A stretch of 64,000 nucleotides of DNA from the human T2T-CHM13v2.0 reference genome, Homo sapiens. Shown here piece after piece: positions 1 to 14,180 of the stretch. Made by a program: the position numbers and the translations under genes. How positions within the stretch are numbered: position 1 is the stretch's first letter; each line of letters opens with the position of its first letter. The stretch lies in the NCBI GenBank assembly GCA_009914755.4, contig CP086569.2, forward strand, positions 31,808,001-31,872,000. Reading direction: 5' to 3'. The notes below the pieces were generated by a model that worked only from the letters and a program-made list of their open reading frames with translations, did no database searches and was not told the DNA's origin.

Positions 1-3000
1 AATGGATTCAAAAGGAATGGAATCGTACGGAATGGAATCTAATGGAATGGAATTAAATGGAAATGAATCAAATTGAACAGCACGGAATTGAATTGAATGG
101 AATGGAATGCAATGGAATCTAATGAAACGGAAAGGAAAGGAATGGAATGGAATGGAATGGGCTGGAATGGAAAGGAATCGAAACGAATGGAATGGAATCG
201 AACTGAAGAGACTGGAATGGAATGCACTGGAATGGAAGGGAGTGTAATGGAAGGTTCTCGAAAAAAATGGAATGGAATGGAATGGAATTGAATGGAACGG
301 AATAGAGTCGAATGGAATTGAATGGAATGGAATGGACTAGAGTGAAATGGAATCGAACCACAAGGAATGGACAGGAATAGAATGGTCTCGAATTGAATGG
401 AATCGTATGGAATGGCATCAAACGGAATGGAATGGACAGCCACGGAATAGAATGCACTCGAATGCAATGGAGTCGAAACTAATGGACTGGAATAGAATGG
501 ACTCGACTGGTACGGACTCCAATGGAATGGAATCGAATGGAAGGGAATCGAACGGAATGGACTCGAAGGGACAAGACTGCAATGGAAAGGTCTCGAATGG
601 AATGGAAATTAATGGAATGGAATGGAATCGAATGAAATGGAGTCAAAAGGAATGGAATCGAATGGCAAGAAATCGAATGTAATGGAATCGCAAGGAATTG
701 ATGTGAACGGAACGGAATGGAATGGAATCCAAAGGAATGGAATAGAATGGAATGGAATCGAATGGAAAGGTCTCGAATGGAAATCACTCGAATAGAATGC
801 AATTTAATAAAATAGGATCAAATGTAATGGAATGGAATGGAAAGGAATCGAAACGAAAGGAATGGAGACAGATGGAATGGAATGGAACAGAGAGCAATGG
901 TATAGAATGGAATGGAATCATCTGGAATGGAATTGAATGGAATGGAATAATATGAAATGGAATGGAATGGAATGGAATGGAATGCCCTTGAATTAAATGG
1001 ACTGGAATGGAATGGACTCGAACAGAGTGGAATGGAAAGTGTTGAGATAGAATGGAATGGACTCCTTTGGAATGGTCTAGTATGCAATGCAATCGACTGG
1101 TAGGGAATCAAAAGGAATGTAATCGAATGGATTGGACTGGAATGCAATGGACTCGAATAGATTGGAAACGGAATGCAAAGGAATGGAATGGAATAGTATG
1201 GAATGGAATGGAAAGGAATGGAGTGGAATAGACTAGAGTGGAATGGAATGGACTGGAAAGCAATGGACTGGAATGGAACTTTCTTGAATGGACTGGAATC
1301 AAACGGAATGGAATGCAATGCAATCAAATGGCATGGAATAAAATAGAATGAAAGAGAATCAAATGGAATTGAATCGAATGGAATCGAATGGATTGGAAAG
1401 GAATAGAATGGAATGGAATGGAATTGACTCAAATGGAATGGACTAGAATGGAATGGATTCGAATGGAAGGCAAAGGAATGGAATCTATTGGAATGGACTG
1501 TAATGGAATGGAATGGAAGGGATTGGAATGGACTCGAATGGAATGGACTGCAATAGAAAGGATTCGAATGGAATGAAAAAGAATTGAATGGAATAGAACA
1601 GAATGGAATCAAATCGAATGAAATGGAATGGAATAGAAAGGAATGGAATGAAATGGAATGGAAAGGATTCGAATGGAATGCAATCGAATGGAATGGAATC
1701 GAACGGAATGGAATAAAATGGAAGAAAACTGGCAAGAAATGGAATCGAAATGAATGGAGTGTTATGGAACGGACTCAAAAGGAATTGAATGTAATAGAAT
1801 GGAGTGGAGTGGACTCGAATATAATGGACTGGAATGGAATGAAATCACATGGAATGGGAACGAATGGAATGGAATGGAAAGGAATGGAATCGAATGGAAA
1901 GGAATCGAATGGAAGGGAATGAAATTGAATCAACAGGAATGGAAGGGAATAGAATAGACGGTAATGGAATGGACTCGAATAGAATGGACACGAATGCTCA
2001 AATTGAATGGACTCGAATGGAATGGAAACGAAAGGAATGTCATCGAATGGAATTGAATCGATTGGAATGAAATCGCATAGAATGGAGTGGAATCAAATGG
2101 AATTGAATCGAAAGGAAAGGAAGCGAATGGACTGAAATGAAATGGAATGGAATTGAATGGAAAGTAATGCAATGGAATAGAATGGAACGAAATTTCACGG
2201 AATGGAATCAAACTGAATGGAATCAAATCAATGGAATCTAATCAAATGGAATGGAAAGGAATTGAATGGAGTAGATTGGATTGGATGGGATTGGAATGAA
2301 ATGTACTGGAAAGGACTCGAATTTCATGAAACGGAATGGAATGAATTGGAACGGAATGGACTCGAATGGAATGGAATGTCATGGAATGGCATCAAATGGA
2401 ATGGCATCAAATGGAATGGAATCGAATGCAATGGAATGCTATGGAATGGAATGGAATGCATTGGAATGGAATGTCCTCTAATGGAATGGATTCGAGTGGA
2501 ATGGAATCGAATATAATGGAGTCGAATGAAATGGAATTGAAAAGAATGGGATCGAATACAATGGAATATACTGGAATGTAACGTAATGAACTCGAATGTA
2601 ATTGACTGGAATGGAATGTACATGAATGGAATGTAATCGAATGGAAAGTAATCCAATGGAATAGAAACTAATGCAATAAAATCGACTCAAATAGAGTAGA
2701 ATGTAATGGAATGGAGTGCAGTGCAATGGAATGGAATGGAATGGAATGCAATGGAATGGAATGGAATGGAATGGAATGGGATGGAATGGTGTGGAATGGA
2801 TAGTAATGGACTGGTGTGAAATGGACTGGAAAGGAATGGACTCAAATTGAAAGGGCTCGAAAGGAATGGAGTCAAATGGAATGGTCTGGAATGGAATGAA
2901 CACGAATGTAATGCAATCCAATAGAATGGAATCGAATGGCATGGAATATAAAGAAATGGAATCGAAGAGAATGGAAACAAATGGAATGGAATTGAATGGA

Positions 3001-3549
3001 ATGGAATTGAATGGAATGGGAAGGAATGGAGTGAAATTGTATGCAGTAGAAGAGAATAGAATGGAATGCAAGTGAAAGGAAAGGAATGGATTGGAATGGA
3101 ATGGAATTCATTGGAATGGAAGGGAATGTAGTGTAATGGACAGGCCTGGAATAAAGTGGAATGCTACGGTCTCGAATGGAATAAAAATGTATGGAATGGA
3201 ATGCAATGAAACGGAATCGAATGTCATAGAATGTAATGGAATGCAAAAAAATGGAATCCAAAATCATTGACTGGAAAGGCTGGGTGTCGAAAGGAATTGA
3301 CTCCAATGGAATGGAATCGAATGGAATGGAAGTGAATAGAATCGAACTAAATCGAATGGAATGGAATTGATAGGAACGGAATGGAAAGGAATGCAATGAT
3401 TTGGCATGGAATGGAATCGAATGGCATCGAATGGAATGGAATGGAATGCAATGGAATGGAATGTATTAGAATGTAATGAACTTTAATGGAATGTACTCGA
3501 ATGGATTCGACTGGAATGGAATGTTCTGGAAGTGAATGGACTCCAATGG
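1..3549. repeat. DYZ1-like HSat3 higher-order repeat copy 1 (3549 bp; window happens to begin at the chosen anchor)
   Basis: Bounded by the recurring anchor 'aatggattcaaaaggaatggaatcgtacgg' at 1 and 3550. The register is arbitrary. Confidence 0.8.
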
Positions 3550-6500
3550 AATGGATTCAAAAGGAATGGAATCGTACGGAATGGAATCTAATGGAATGCA
3601 ATTAAATGGAAATGAATCAAATTGAATAGCACGGAATTGAATTGAATGGAATGGAATGCAATGGAATCTAATGAAACGGAAAGGAAAGGAATGGAATGGA
3701 ATGGAATGGGCTGGAATGGAAAGGAATCGAAACGAATGGAATGGAATCGAACTGAAGAGACTGGAATGGAATGCACTGGAATGGAAGGGAGTGTAATGGA
3801 AGGTTCTCGAAAAAAATGGAATCGAATGGAATGGAATTGAATGGAACGGAATAGAGTCGAATGGAATGGACTAGAGTGAAATGGAATCGAACCACAAGGA
3901 ATGGACAGGAATAGAATGGTCTCGAATTGAATGGAATCGTATGGAATGGCATCAAACGGAATGGAATGGACAGCCACGGAATGGAATGCACTCGAATGCA
4001 ATGGAGTCGAAACTAATGGACTGGAATAGAATGGACTCGACTGGTACGGACTCCAATGGAATGGAATTGAATGGAAGGGAATCGAACGGAATGGACTCGA
4101 AGGGAAAAGACTGCAATGGAATGGTCTCGAATGGAATGGAAATTAATGGAATGGAATGGAATCGAATGAAATGGAGTCAAAAGGAATGGAATCGAATGGC
4201 AAGAAATCGAATGTAATGGAATCGCAAGGAATTGATGTGAACGGAACGGAATGGAATGGAATCCAAAGGAATGGAATAGAATGGAATGGAATCGAATGGA
4301 AAGGACTCGAATGGAAATCACTCGAATAGAATGCAATTTAATAAAATAGGATCAAATGTAATGGAATGGAATGGAAAGGAATCGAAACGAAAGGAATGGA
4401 GACAGATGGAATGGAATGGAACAGAGAGCAATGGTATAGAATGGAATGGAATCATCTGGAATGGAATTGAATGGAATGGAATAATATGAAATGGAATGGA
4501 ATGGAATGGAATGGAATGCCCTTGAATTAAATGGACTGGAATGGAATGGACTCGAACAGAGTGGAATGGAAAGTGTTGAGATAGAATGGAATGGACTCCT
4601 TTGGAATGGTGTAGTATGCAATGCAATCGACTGGCAGGGAATCAAAAGGAATGTAATCGAATGGATTGGACTGGAATGCAATGGACTCGAATAGATTGGA
4701 AACGGAATGCAAAGGAATGGAATGGATTAGTATGGAATGGAATGGAAAGGAATGGAGTGGAATAGACTAGAGTGGAATGGAATGGACTGGAAAGCAATGG
4801 ACTGGAATGGAACTTTCTTGAATGGACTGGAATCAAACGGAATGGAATGCAATGCAATCAAATGGCATGGAATAAAATAGAATGAAAGAGAATCAAATGG
4901 AATTGAATCGAATGGAATCGAATGGATTGGAAAGGAATAGAATGGAATGGAATGGAATTGACTCAAATGGAATGGACTAGAATGGAATGGATTCGAATGG
5001 AAGGCAAAGGAATGGAATCTATTGGAATGGACTGTAATGGAATGGAATGGAAGGGATTGGAATGGACTCGAATGGAATGGACTGCAATAGAAAGGATTCG
5101 AATGGAATGAAAAAGAATTGAATGGAATAGAACAGAATGGAATCAAATCGAATGAAATGGAATGGAATAGAAAGGAATGGAATGAAATGGAATGGAAAGG
5201 ATTCGAATGGAATGCAATCGAATGGAATGGAATCGAACGGAATGGAATAAAATGGAAGAAAACTGGCAAGAAATGGAATCGAAATGAATGGAGTGTTATG
5301 GAACGGACTCAAAAGGAATTGAATGTAATAGAATGGAGTGGAGTGGACTCGAATATAATGGACTGGAATGGAATGAAATCACATGGAATGGGAACGAATG
5401 GAATGGAATGGAAAGGAATGGAATCGAATGGAAAGGAATCGAATGGAAGGGAATGAAATTGAATCAACAGGAATGGAAGGGAATAGAATAGACGGTAATG
5501 GAATGGACTCGAATAGAATGGACACGAATGCTCAAATTGAATGGACTCGAATGGAATGGAAACGAAAGGAATGTCATCGAATGGAATTGAATCGATTGGA
5601 ATGAAATCGCATAGAATGGAGTGGAATCAAATGGAATTGAATCGAAAGGAAAGGAAGCGAATGGACTGAAATGAAATGGAATGGAATTGAATGGAAAGTA
5701 ATGCAATGGAATAGAATGGAACGAAATTTCACGGAATGGAATCAAACTGAATGGAATCAAATCAATGGAATCTAATCAAATGGAATGGAAAGGAATTGAA
5801 TGGAGTAGATTGGATTGGATGGGATTGGAATGAAATGTACTGGAAAGGACTCGAATTTCATGAAACGGAATGGAATGAATTGGAACGGAATGGACTCGAA
5901 TGGAATGGAATGTCATGGAATGGCATCAAATGGAATGGCATCAAATGGAATGGAATCGAATGCAATGGAATGCTATGGAATGGAATGGAATGCATTGGAA
6001 TGGAATGTCCTCTAATGGAATGGATTCGAGTGGAATGGAATCGAATATAATGGAGTCGAATGAAATGGAATTGAAAAGAATGGGATCGAATACAATGGAA
6101 TATACTGGAATGTAATGTAATGAACTCGAATGTAATTGACTGGAATGGAATGTACATGAATGGAATGTAATCGAATGGAAAGTAATCCAATGGAATAGAA
6201 ACTAATGCAATAAAATCGACTCAAATAGAGTAGAATGTAATGGAATGGAGTGCAGTGCAATGGAATGGAATGGAATGGAATGCAATGGAATGGAATGGAA
6301 TGGAATGGAATGGGATGGAATGGTGTGGAATGGATAGTAATGGACTGGTGTGAAATGGACTGGAAAGGAATGGACTCAAATTGAAAGGGCTCGAAAGGAA
6401 TGGAGTCAAATGGAATGGTCTGGAATGGAATGAACACGAATGTAATGCAATCCAATAGAATGGAATCGAATGGCATGGAATATAAAGAAATGGAATCGAA

Positions 6501-7083
6501 GAGAATGGAAACAAATGGAATGGAATTGAATGGAATGGAATTGAATGGAATGGGAAGGAATGGAGTGAAATTGTAAGCAGTAGAAGAGAATAGAATGGAA
6601 TGCAAGTGAAAGGAAAGGAATGGATTGGAATGGAATGGAATTCATTGGAATGGAAGGGAATGTAGTGTAATGGACAGGCCTGGAATAAAGTGGAATGCTA
6701 CGGTCTCGAATGGAATAAAAATGTATGGAATGGAATGCAATGAAACGGAATCGAATGTCATAGAATGTAATGGAATGCAAAAAAATGGAATCCAAAATCA
6801 TTGACTGGAAAGGCTGGGTGTCGAAAGGAATTGACTCCAATGGAATGGAATCGAATGGAATGGAAGTGAATAGAATCGAACTAAATCGAATGGAATGGAA
6901 TTGATAGGAACGGAATGGAAAGGAATGCAATGATTTGGCATGGAATGGAATCGAATGGCATCGAATGGAATGGAATGGAATGCAATGGAATGGAATGTAT
7001 TAGAATGTAATGAACTTTAATGGAATGTACTCGAATGGATTCGACTGGAATGGAATGTTCTGGAAGTGAATGGACTCCAATGG
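3550..7083. repeat. HSat3 HOR copy 2 (3534 bp)
   Basis: Anchor motif at 3550 and 7084. Carries a 15-bp deletion ('aattgaatggaatgg', near 3857) relative to copies 1 and 3. Confidence 0.8.
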
Positions 7084-10000
7084 AATGGATTCAAAAGGAA
7101 TGGAATCGTACGGAATGGAATCTAATGGAATGCAATTAAATGGAAATGAATCAAATTGAATAGCACGGAATTGAATTGAATGGAATGGAATGCAATGGAA
7201 TCTAATGAAACGGAAAGGAAAGGAATGGAATGGAATGGAATGGGCTGGAATGGAAAGGAATCGAAACGAATGGAATGGAATCGAACTGAAGAGACTGGAA
7301 TGGAATGCACTGGAATGGAAGGGAGTGTAATGGAAGGTTCTCGAAAAAAATGGAATCGAATGGAATGGAATTGAATGGAACGGAATAGAGTCGAATGGAA
7401 TTGAATGGAATGGAATGGACTAGAGTGAAATGGAATCGAACCACAAGGAATGGACAGGAATAGAATGGTCTCGAATTGAATGGAATCGTATGGAATGGCA
7501 TCAAACGGAATGGAATGGACAGCCACGGAATGGAATGCACTCGAATGCAATGGAGTCGAAACTAATGGACTGGAATAGAATGGACTCGACTGGTACGGAC
7601 TCCAATGGAATGGAATTGAATGGAAGGGAATCGAACGGAATGGACTCGAAGGGAAAAGACTGCAATGGAATGGTCTCGAATGGAATGGAAATTAATGGAA
7701 TGGAATGGAATCGAATGAAATGGAGTCAAAAGGAATGGAATCGAATGGCAAGAAATCGAATGTAATGGAATCGCAAGGAATTGATGTGAACGGAACGGAA
7801 TGGAATGGAATCCAAAGGAATGGAATAGAATGGAATGGAATCGAATGGAAAGGACTCGAATGGAAATCACTCGAATAGAATGCAATTTAATAAAATAGGA
7901 TCAAATGTAATGGAATGGAATGGAAAGGAATCGAAACGAAAGGAATGGAGACAGATGGAATGGAATGGAACAGAGAGCAATGGTATAGAATGGAATGGAA
8001 TCATCTGGAATGGAATTGAATGGAATGGAATAATATGAAATGGAATGGAATGGAATGGAATGGAATGCCCTTGAATTAAATGGACTGGAATGGAATGGAC
8101 TCGAACAGAGTGGAATGGAAAGTGTTGAGATAGAATGGAATGGACTCCTTTGGAATGGTGTAGTATGCAATGCAATCGACTGGCAGGGAATCAAAAGGAA
8201 TGTAATCGAATGGATTGGACTGGAATGCAATGGACTCGAATAGATTGGAAACGGAATGCAAAGGAATGGAATGGATTAGTATGGAATGGAATGGAAAGGA
8301 ATGGAGTGGAATAGACTAGAGTGGAATGGAATGGACTGGAAAGCAATGGACTGGAATGGAACTTTCTTGAATGGACTGGAATCAAACGGAATGGAATGCA
8401 ATGCAATCAAATGGCATGGAATAAAATAGAATGAAAGAGAATCAAATGGAATTGAATCGAATGGAATCGAATGGATTGGAAAGGAATAGAATGGAATGGA
8501 ATGGAATTGACTCAAATGGAATGGACTAGAATGGAATGGATTCGAATGGAAGGCAAAGGAATGGAATCTATTGGAATGGACTGTAATGGAATGGAATGGA
8601 AGGGATTGGAATGGACTCGAATGGAATGGACTGCAATAGAAAGGATTCGAATGGAATGAAAAAGAATTGAATGGAATAGAACAGAATGGAATCAAATCGA
8701 ATGAAATGGAATGGAATAGAAAGGAATGGAATGAAATGGAATGGAAAGGATTCGAATGGAATGCAATCGAATGGAATGGAATCGAACGGAATGGAATAAA
8801 ATGGAAGAAAACTGGCAAGAAATGGAATCGAAATGAATGTAGTGTTATGGAACGGACTCAAAAGGAATTGAATGTAATAGAATGGAGTGGAGTGGACTCG
8901 AATATAATGGACTGGAATGGAATGAAATCACATGGAATGGGAACGAATGGAATGGAATGGAAAGGAATGGAATCGAATGGAAAGGAATCGAATGGAAGGG
9001 AATGAAATTGAATCAACAGGAATGGAAGGGAATAGAATAGACGGTAATGGAATGGACTCGAATTGAATGGACACGAATGCTCAAATTGAATGGACTCGAA
9101 TGGAATGGAAACGAAAGGAATGTCATCGAATGGAATTGAATCGATTGGAATGAAATCGCATAGAATGGAGTGGAATCAAATGGAATTGAATCGAAAGGAA
9201 AGGAAGCGAATGGACTGAAATGAAATGGAATGGAATTGAATGGAAAGTAATGCAATGGAATAGAATGGAACGAAATTTCACGGAATGGAATCAAACTGAA
9301 TGGAATCAAATCAATGGAATCTAATCAAATGGAATGGAAAGGAATTGAATGGAGTAGATTGGATTGGATGGGATTGGAATGAAATGTACTGGAAAGGACT
9401 CGAATTTCATGAAACGGAATGGAATGAATTGGAACGGAATGGACTCGAATGGAATGGAATGTCATGGAATGGCATCAAATGGAATGGCATCAAATGGAAT
9501 GGAATCGAATGCAATGGAATGCTATGGAATGGAATGGAATGCATTGGAATGGAATGTCCTCTAATGGAATGGATTCGAGTGGAATGGAATCGAATATAAT
9601 GGAGTCGAATGAAATGGAATTGAAAGGAATGGGATCGAATAGAATGGAATATACTGAAATGTAATGTAATGAACTCGAATGTAATTGACTGGAATGGAAT
9701 GTACATGAATGGAATGTAAACGAATGGAAAGTAATCCAATGGAATAGAATCTAATGCAATAAAACCGACTCAGATAGAGTAGAATGTAATGGAATGGAGT
9801 GCAGTGCAATGGAATGGAATGGAATTGAATGCAATGGAATGGAATGGAATGGAATGGAATGGAATGGAATGGAATGGAATGGGATGGAATGGTATGGAAT
9901 GGATAGTAATGGACTGGAGTGAAATGGACTGGAAAGGAATGGACTCAAATTGAAAGGGCTCGAAAGGAATGGAGTCAAATGGAATGGTCTGGAATGGAAT

Positions 10001-10652
10001 GAACACGAATGTAATGCAATCCAATAAAATGGAAACGAATGGCATGGAATATAAAGAAATGGAATCGAAGAGAATGGAAACAAATGGAATGGAATTGAAT
10101 GGAATGGAATTGAACGGAATGGGAACGAATGGAGTGAAATTGTATGCAGTAGAAGGGAATAGAATGGAATGCAAGCGAAAGGAAAGGAATGGATTGGAAT
10201 GGAATGGAATTCATTGGAATGGAAGGGAATGTAGTGTAATGGACAGGCCTGGAATAAAGTGGAATGCTACGGTCTCGAATGGAATAAAAATGTATGGAAT
10301 GGAATGCAATGAAACGGAATCGAATGTCATAGAATGTAATGGAATGCAACAAAATGGAATCCAAAATCATTGACTGGAAAGGCTGGGTGTCGAAAGGAAT
10401 TGACTCCAATGGAATGGAATCGAATGGAATGGAAGTGAATAGAATCGAACTAAATCGAATGGAATGGAATTGATAGGAACGGAATGGAAAGGAATGCAAT
10501 GATTTGGCATGGAATGGAATCGAATGGCATCGAATGGAATGGAATGGAATGCAATGGAATGGAATGTATTAGAATGTAATGAACTTTGATGGAATGTACT
10601 CGAATGGATTCGACTGGAATGGAATGTTCTGGAAGTGAATGGACTCCAATGG
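7084..10652. repeat. HSat3 HOR copy 3 (3569 bp)
   Basis: Anchor motif at 7084 and 10653. The first half is near-identical to copy 2. It contains the longest pure (aatgg) run, 12 copies at 9833-9892. Confidence 0.8.
9833..9892. repeat. Pure (AATGG)12 microsatellite-like run inside HOR copy 3. The homologous tract has 5-12 copies in other HOR copies.
   Basis: Counted directly. Copy 1 has 5 uninterrupted 'aatgg' after 'aatgc' (2751-2775). Copy 3 has 12 (9833-9892). Copy 7 has an extra 'aatgc'-interrupted block (24001-24075). Copy 8 has a shortened, rearranged version (27581-27640). Confidence 0.8.
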
Positions 10653-13600
10653 AATGGATTCAAAAGGAATGGAATCGTACGGAATGGAATCTAATGGAAT
10701 GGAATTAAATGGAAATGAATCAAATTGAATAGCACGGAATTGAATTGAATGGAATCGAATGCAATGGAATCTAATGAAACGGAAAGGAAAGGAATGCAAT
10801 GGAATGGAATGGGCTGGAATGGAAAGGAATCGAAACGAATGGAATGGAATCGAACTGAAGAGACTGGAATGGAATGCACTGGAATGGAAGGGAGTGTAAT
10901 GGAAGGTTCTCGAAAAAAATGGAATCGAATGGAATGGAATTGAATGGAACGGAATAGAGTCGAATGGAATTGAATGGAATGGAATGGACTAGAGTGAAAT
11001 GGAATCGAACCACAAGGAATGGACAGGAATAGAATGGTCTCGAATTGAATGGAATCGTATGGAATGGCATCAAACGGAATGGAATGGACAGCCACGGAAT
11101 GGAATGCACTCGAATGCAATGGAGTCGAAACTAATGGACTGGAATAGAATGGACTCGACTGGTACGGACTCCAATGGAATGGAATCGAATGGAAGGGAAT
11201 CGAACGGAATGGACTCGAAGGGAAAAGACTGCAATGGAAAGGTCTCGAATGGAATGGAAATTAATGGAATGGAATGGAATCGAATGAAATGGAGTCAAAA
11301 GGAATGGAATCGAATGGCAAGAAATCGAATGTAATGGAATCGCAAGGAATTGATGTGAACGGAACGGAATGGAATGGAATCCAAAGGAATGGAATAGAAT
11401 GGAATGGAATCGAATGGAAAGGACTCGAATGGAAATCACTCGAATAGAATGCAATTTAATAAAATAGGATCAAATGTAATGGAATGGAATGGAAAGGAAT
11501 CGAAACGAAAGGAATGGAGACAGATTTAATGGAATAGAACAGAGAGCAATGGTATAGAATGGAATGGAATCATCTGGAATGGAATTGAATGGAATGGAAT
11601 AATATGAAATGGAATGGAATGGAATGGAATGGAATGCCCTTGAATTAAATGGACTGGAATGGAATGGACTCGAACAGAGTGGAATGGAAAGTGTTGAGAT
11701 AGAATGGAATGGACTCGTTTGGAATGGTCTAGTATGCAATGCAATCGACTGGCAGGGAATCAAAAGGAATGTAATCGAATGGATTGGACTGGAATGCAAT
11801 GGACTCGAATAGATTGGAAACGGAATGCAAAGGAATGGAATGGAATAGTATGGAATGGAATGGAAAGGAATGGAGTGGAATAGACTAGAGTGGAATGGAA
11901 TGGATTGGAAAGCAATGGACTGGAATGGAACTTTCTTGAATGGACTGGAATCAAACGGAATGGAATGCAATGCAATCAAATGGCATGGAATAAAATAGAA
12001 TGAAAGAGAATCAAATGGAATTGAATCGAATGGAATCGAATGGATTGGAAAGGAATAGAATGGAATGGAATGGAATGGACTAGAATGGAATGGATTCGAA
12101 TGGAAGGCAAAGGAATGGAATCTATTGGAATGGACTGTAATGGAATGGAATGGAAGGGATTGGAATGGACTCGAATGGAATGGACTGCAATAGAAAGGAT
12201 TCGAATGGAATGAAAAAGAATTGAATGGAATAGAACAGAATGGAATCAAATCGAATGAAATGGAATGGAATAGAAAGGAATGAATGAAATGGAATGGAAA
12301 GGATTCGAATGGAATGCAATCGAATGGAATGGAATCGAACGGAATGGAATAAAATGGAAGAAAACTGGCAAGAAATGGAATCGAAATGAATGGAGTGTTA
12401 TGGAACGGACTCAAAAGGAATTGAATGTAATAGAATGGAGTGGAGTGGACTCGAATATAATGGACTGGAATGGAATGAAATCACATGGAATGGGAACGAA
12501 TAGAATGGAATGGAAAGGAATGGAATCGAATGGAAAGGAATCGAATGGAAGGGAATGAAATTGAATCAACAGGAATGGAAGGGAATAGAATAGACGGTAA
12601 TGGAATGGACTCGAATAGAATGGACACGAATGCTCAAATTGAATGGACTCGAATGGAATGGAAACGAAAGGAATGTCATCGAATGGAATTGAATCGATTG
12701 GAATGAAATCGCATAGAATGGAGTGGAATCAAATGGAATTGAATCGAAAGGAAAGGAAGCGAATGGACTGAAATGAAATGGAATGGAATTGAATGGAAAG
12801 TAATGCAATGGAATAGAATGGAACGAAATTTCACGGAATGGAATCAAACTGAATGGAATCAAATCAATGGAATCCAATCAAATGGAATGGAGTAGATTGG
12901 ATTGGATGGGATTGGAATGAAATGTACTGGAAAGGACTCGAATTTCATGAAACGGAATGGAATGAATTGGAACGGAATGGACTCGAATGGAATGGAATGT
13001 CATAGAATGGCATCAAATGGAATGGCATCAAATGGAATGGAATCGAATGCAATGGAATGCTATGGAATGGAATGGAATGCATTGGAATGGAATGTCCTCT
13101 AATGGAATGGATTCGAGTGGAATGGAATCGAATATAATGGAGTCGAATGAAATGGAATTGAAAGGAATGGGATCGAATACAATGGAATATACTGGAATGT
13201 AATGTAATGAACTCGAATGTAATTGACTGGAATGGAATGTACATGAATGGAATGTAATCGAATGGAAAGTAATCCAATGGAATAGAATCTAATGCAATAA
13301 AATCGACTCAGATAGAGTAGAATGTAATGGAATGGAGTGCAGTGCAATGGAATGGAATGGAATGGAATGCAATGGAATGGAATGGAATGGAATGGAATGG
13401 AATGGAATGGGATGGAATGGTATGGAATGGATGGTAATGGACTGGAGTGAAATGGACTGGGAAGGAATGGACTCAAATTGAAAGGGCTGGAAAGGAATGG
13501 AGTCAAATGGAATGGTCTGGAATGGAATGAACACGAAAGTAATGCAATCCAATAGAATGGAATCGAATGGCATGGAATATAATGAAATGGAATCGAAGAG

Positions 13601-14180
13601 AATGGAAACAAATGGAATGGAATTGAATGGAATGGAATTGAATGGAATGGGAACGAATGGAGTGAAATTGTATGCAGTAGAAGGGAATAGAATGGAATGC
13701 AAGCGAAAGGAAAGGAATGGATTGGAATGGAATGGAATTCATTGGAATGGTAGGGAATGTAGTGTAATGGACAGGCCTGGAATAAAGTGGAATGCTACGG
13801 TCTCGAATGGAATAAAAATGTATGGAATGGAATGCAATGAAACGGAATCGAATGTCATAGAATGTAATGGAATGCAAAAAAATGGAATCCAAAATCATTG
13901 ACTGGAAAGGCTGGGTGTCGAAAGGAATTGACTCCAATGGAATGGAATCGAATGGAATGGAAGTGAATAGAATCGAACTAAATCGAATGGAATGGAATTG
14001 ATAGGAACGGAATGGAAAGGAATGCAATGATTTGGCACGGAATGGAATCGAATGGCATCGAACGGAATGGAATGGAATGCAATGGAATGGAACGTATTAG
14101 AATGTAATGAACTTTAATGGAATGTACTCGAATGGATTCGACTGGAATGGAATGTTCTGGAAGTGAATGGACTCCAATGG
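10653..14180. repeat. HSat3 HOR copy 4 (3528 bp)
   Basis: Anchor motif at 10653 and 14181. Has a 15-bp deletion near 12061-12080 ('aattgactcaaatgg' missing). Confidence 0.8.

Noticed and set aside
1160-1176. 'gattggaaacggaatgc' resembling the core of a CENP-B box (…TTGGAAACGGGA…), recurring once per HOR
   Set aside because: It lacks the essential TTCG and CGGG positions of the 17-bp CENP-B box. It is a chance pentamer-derived similarity. HSat3 is not alpha satellite and Yq12 is not centromeric.
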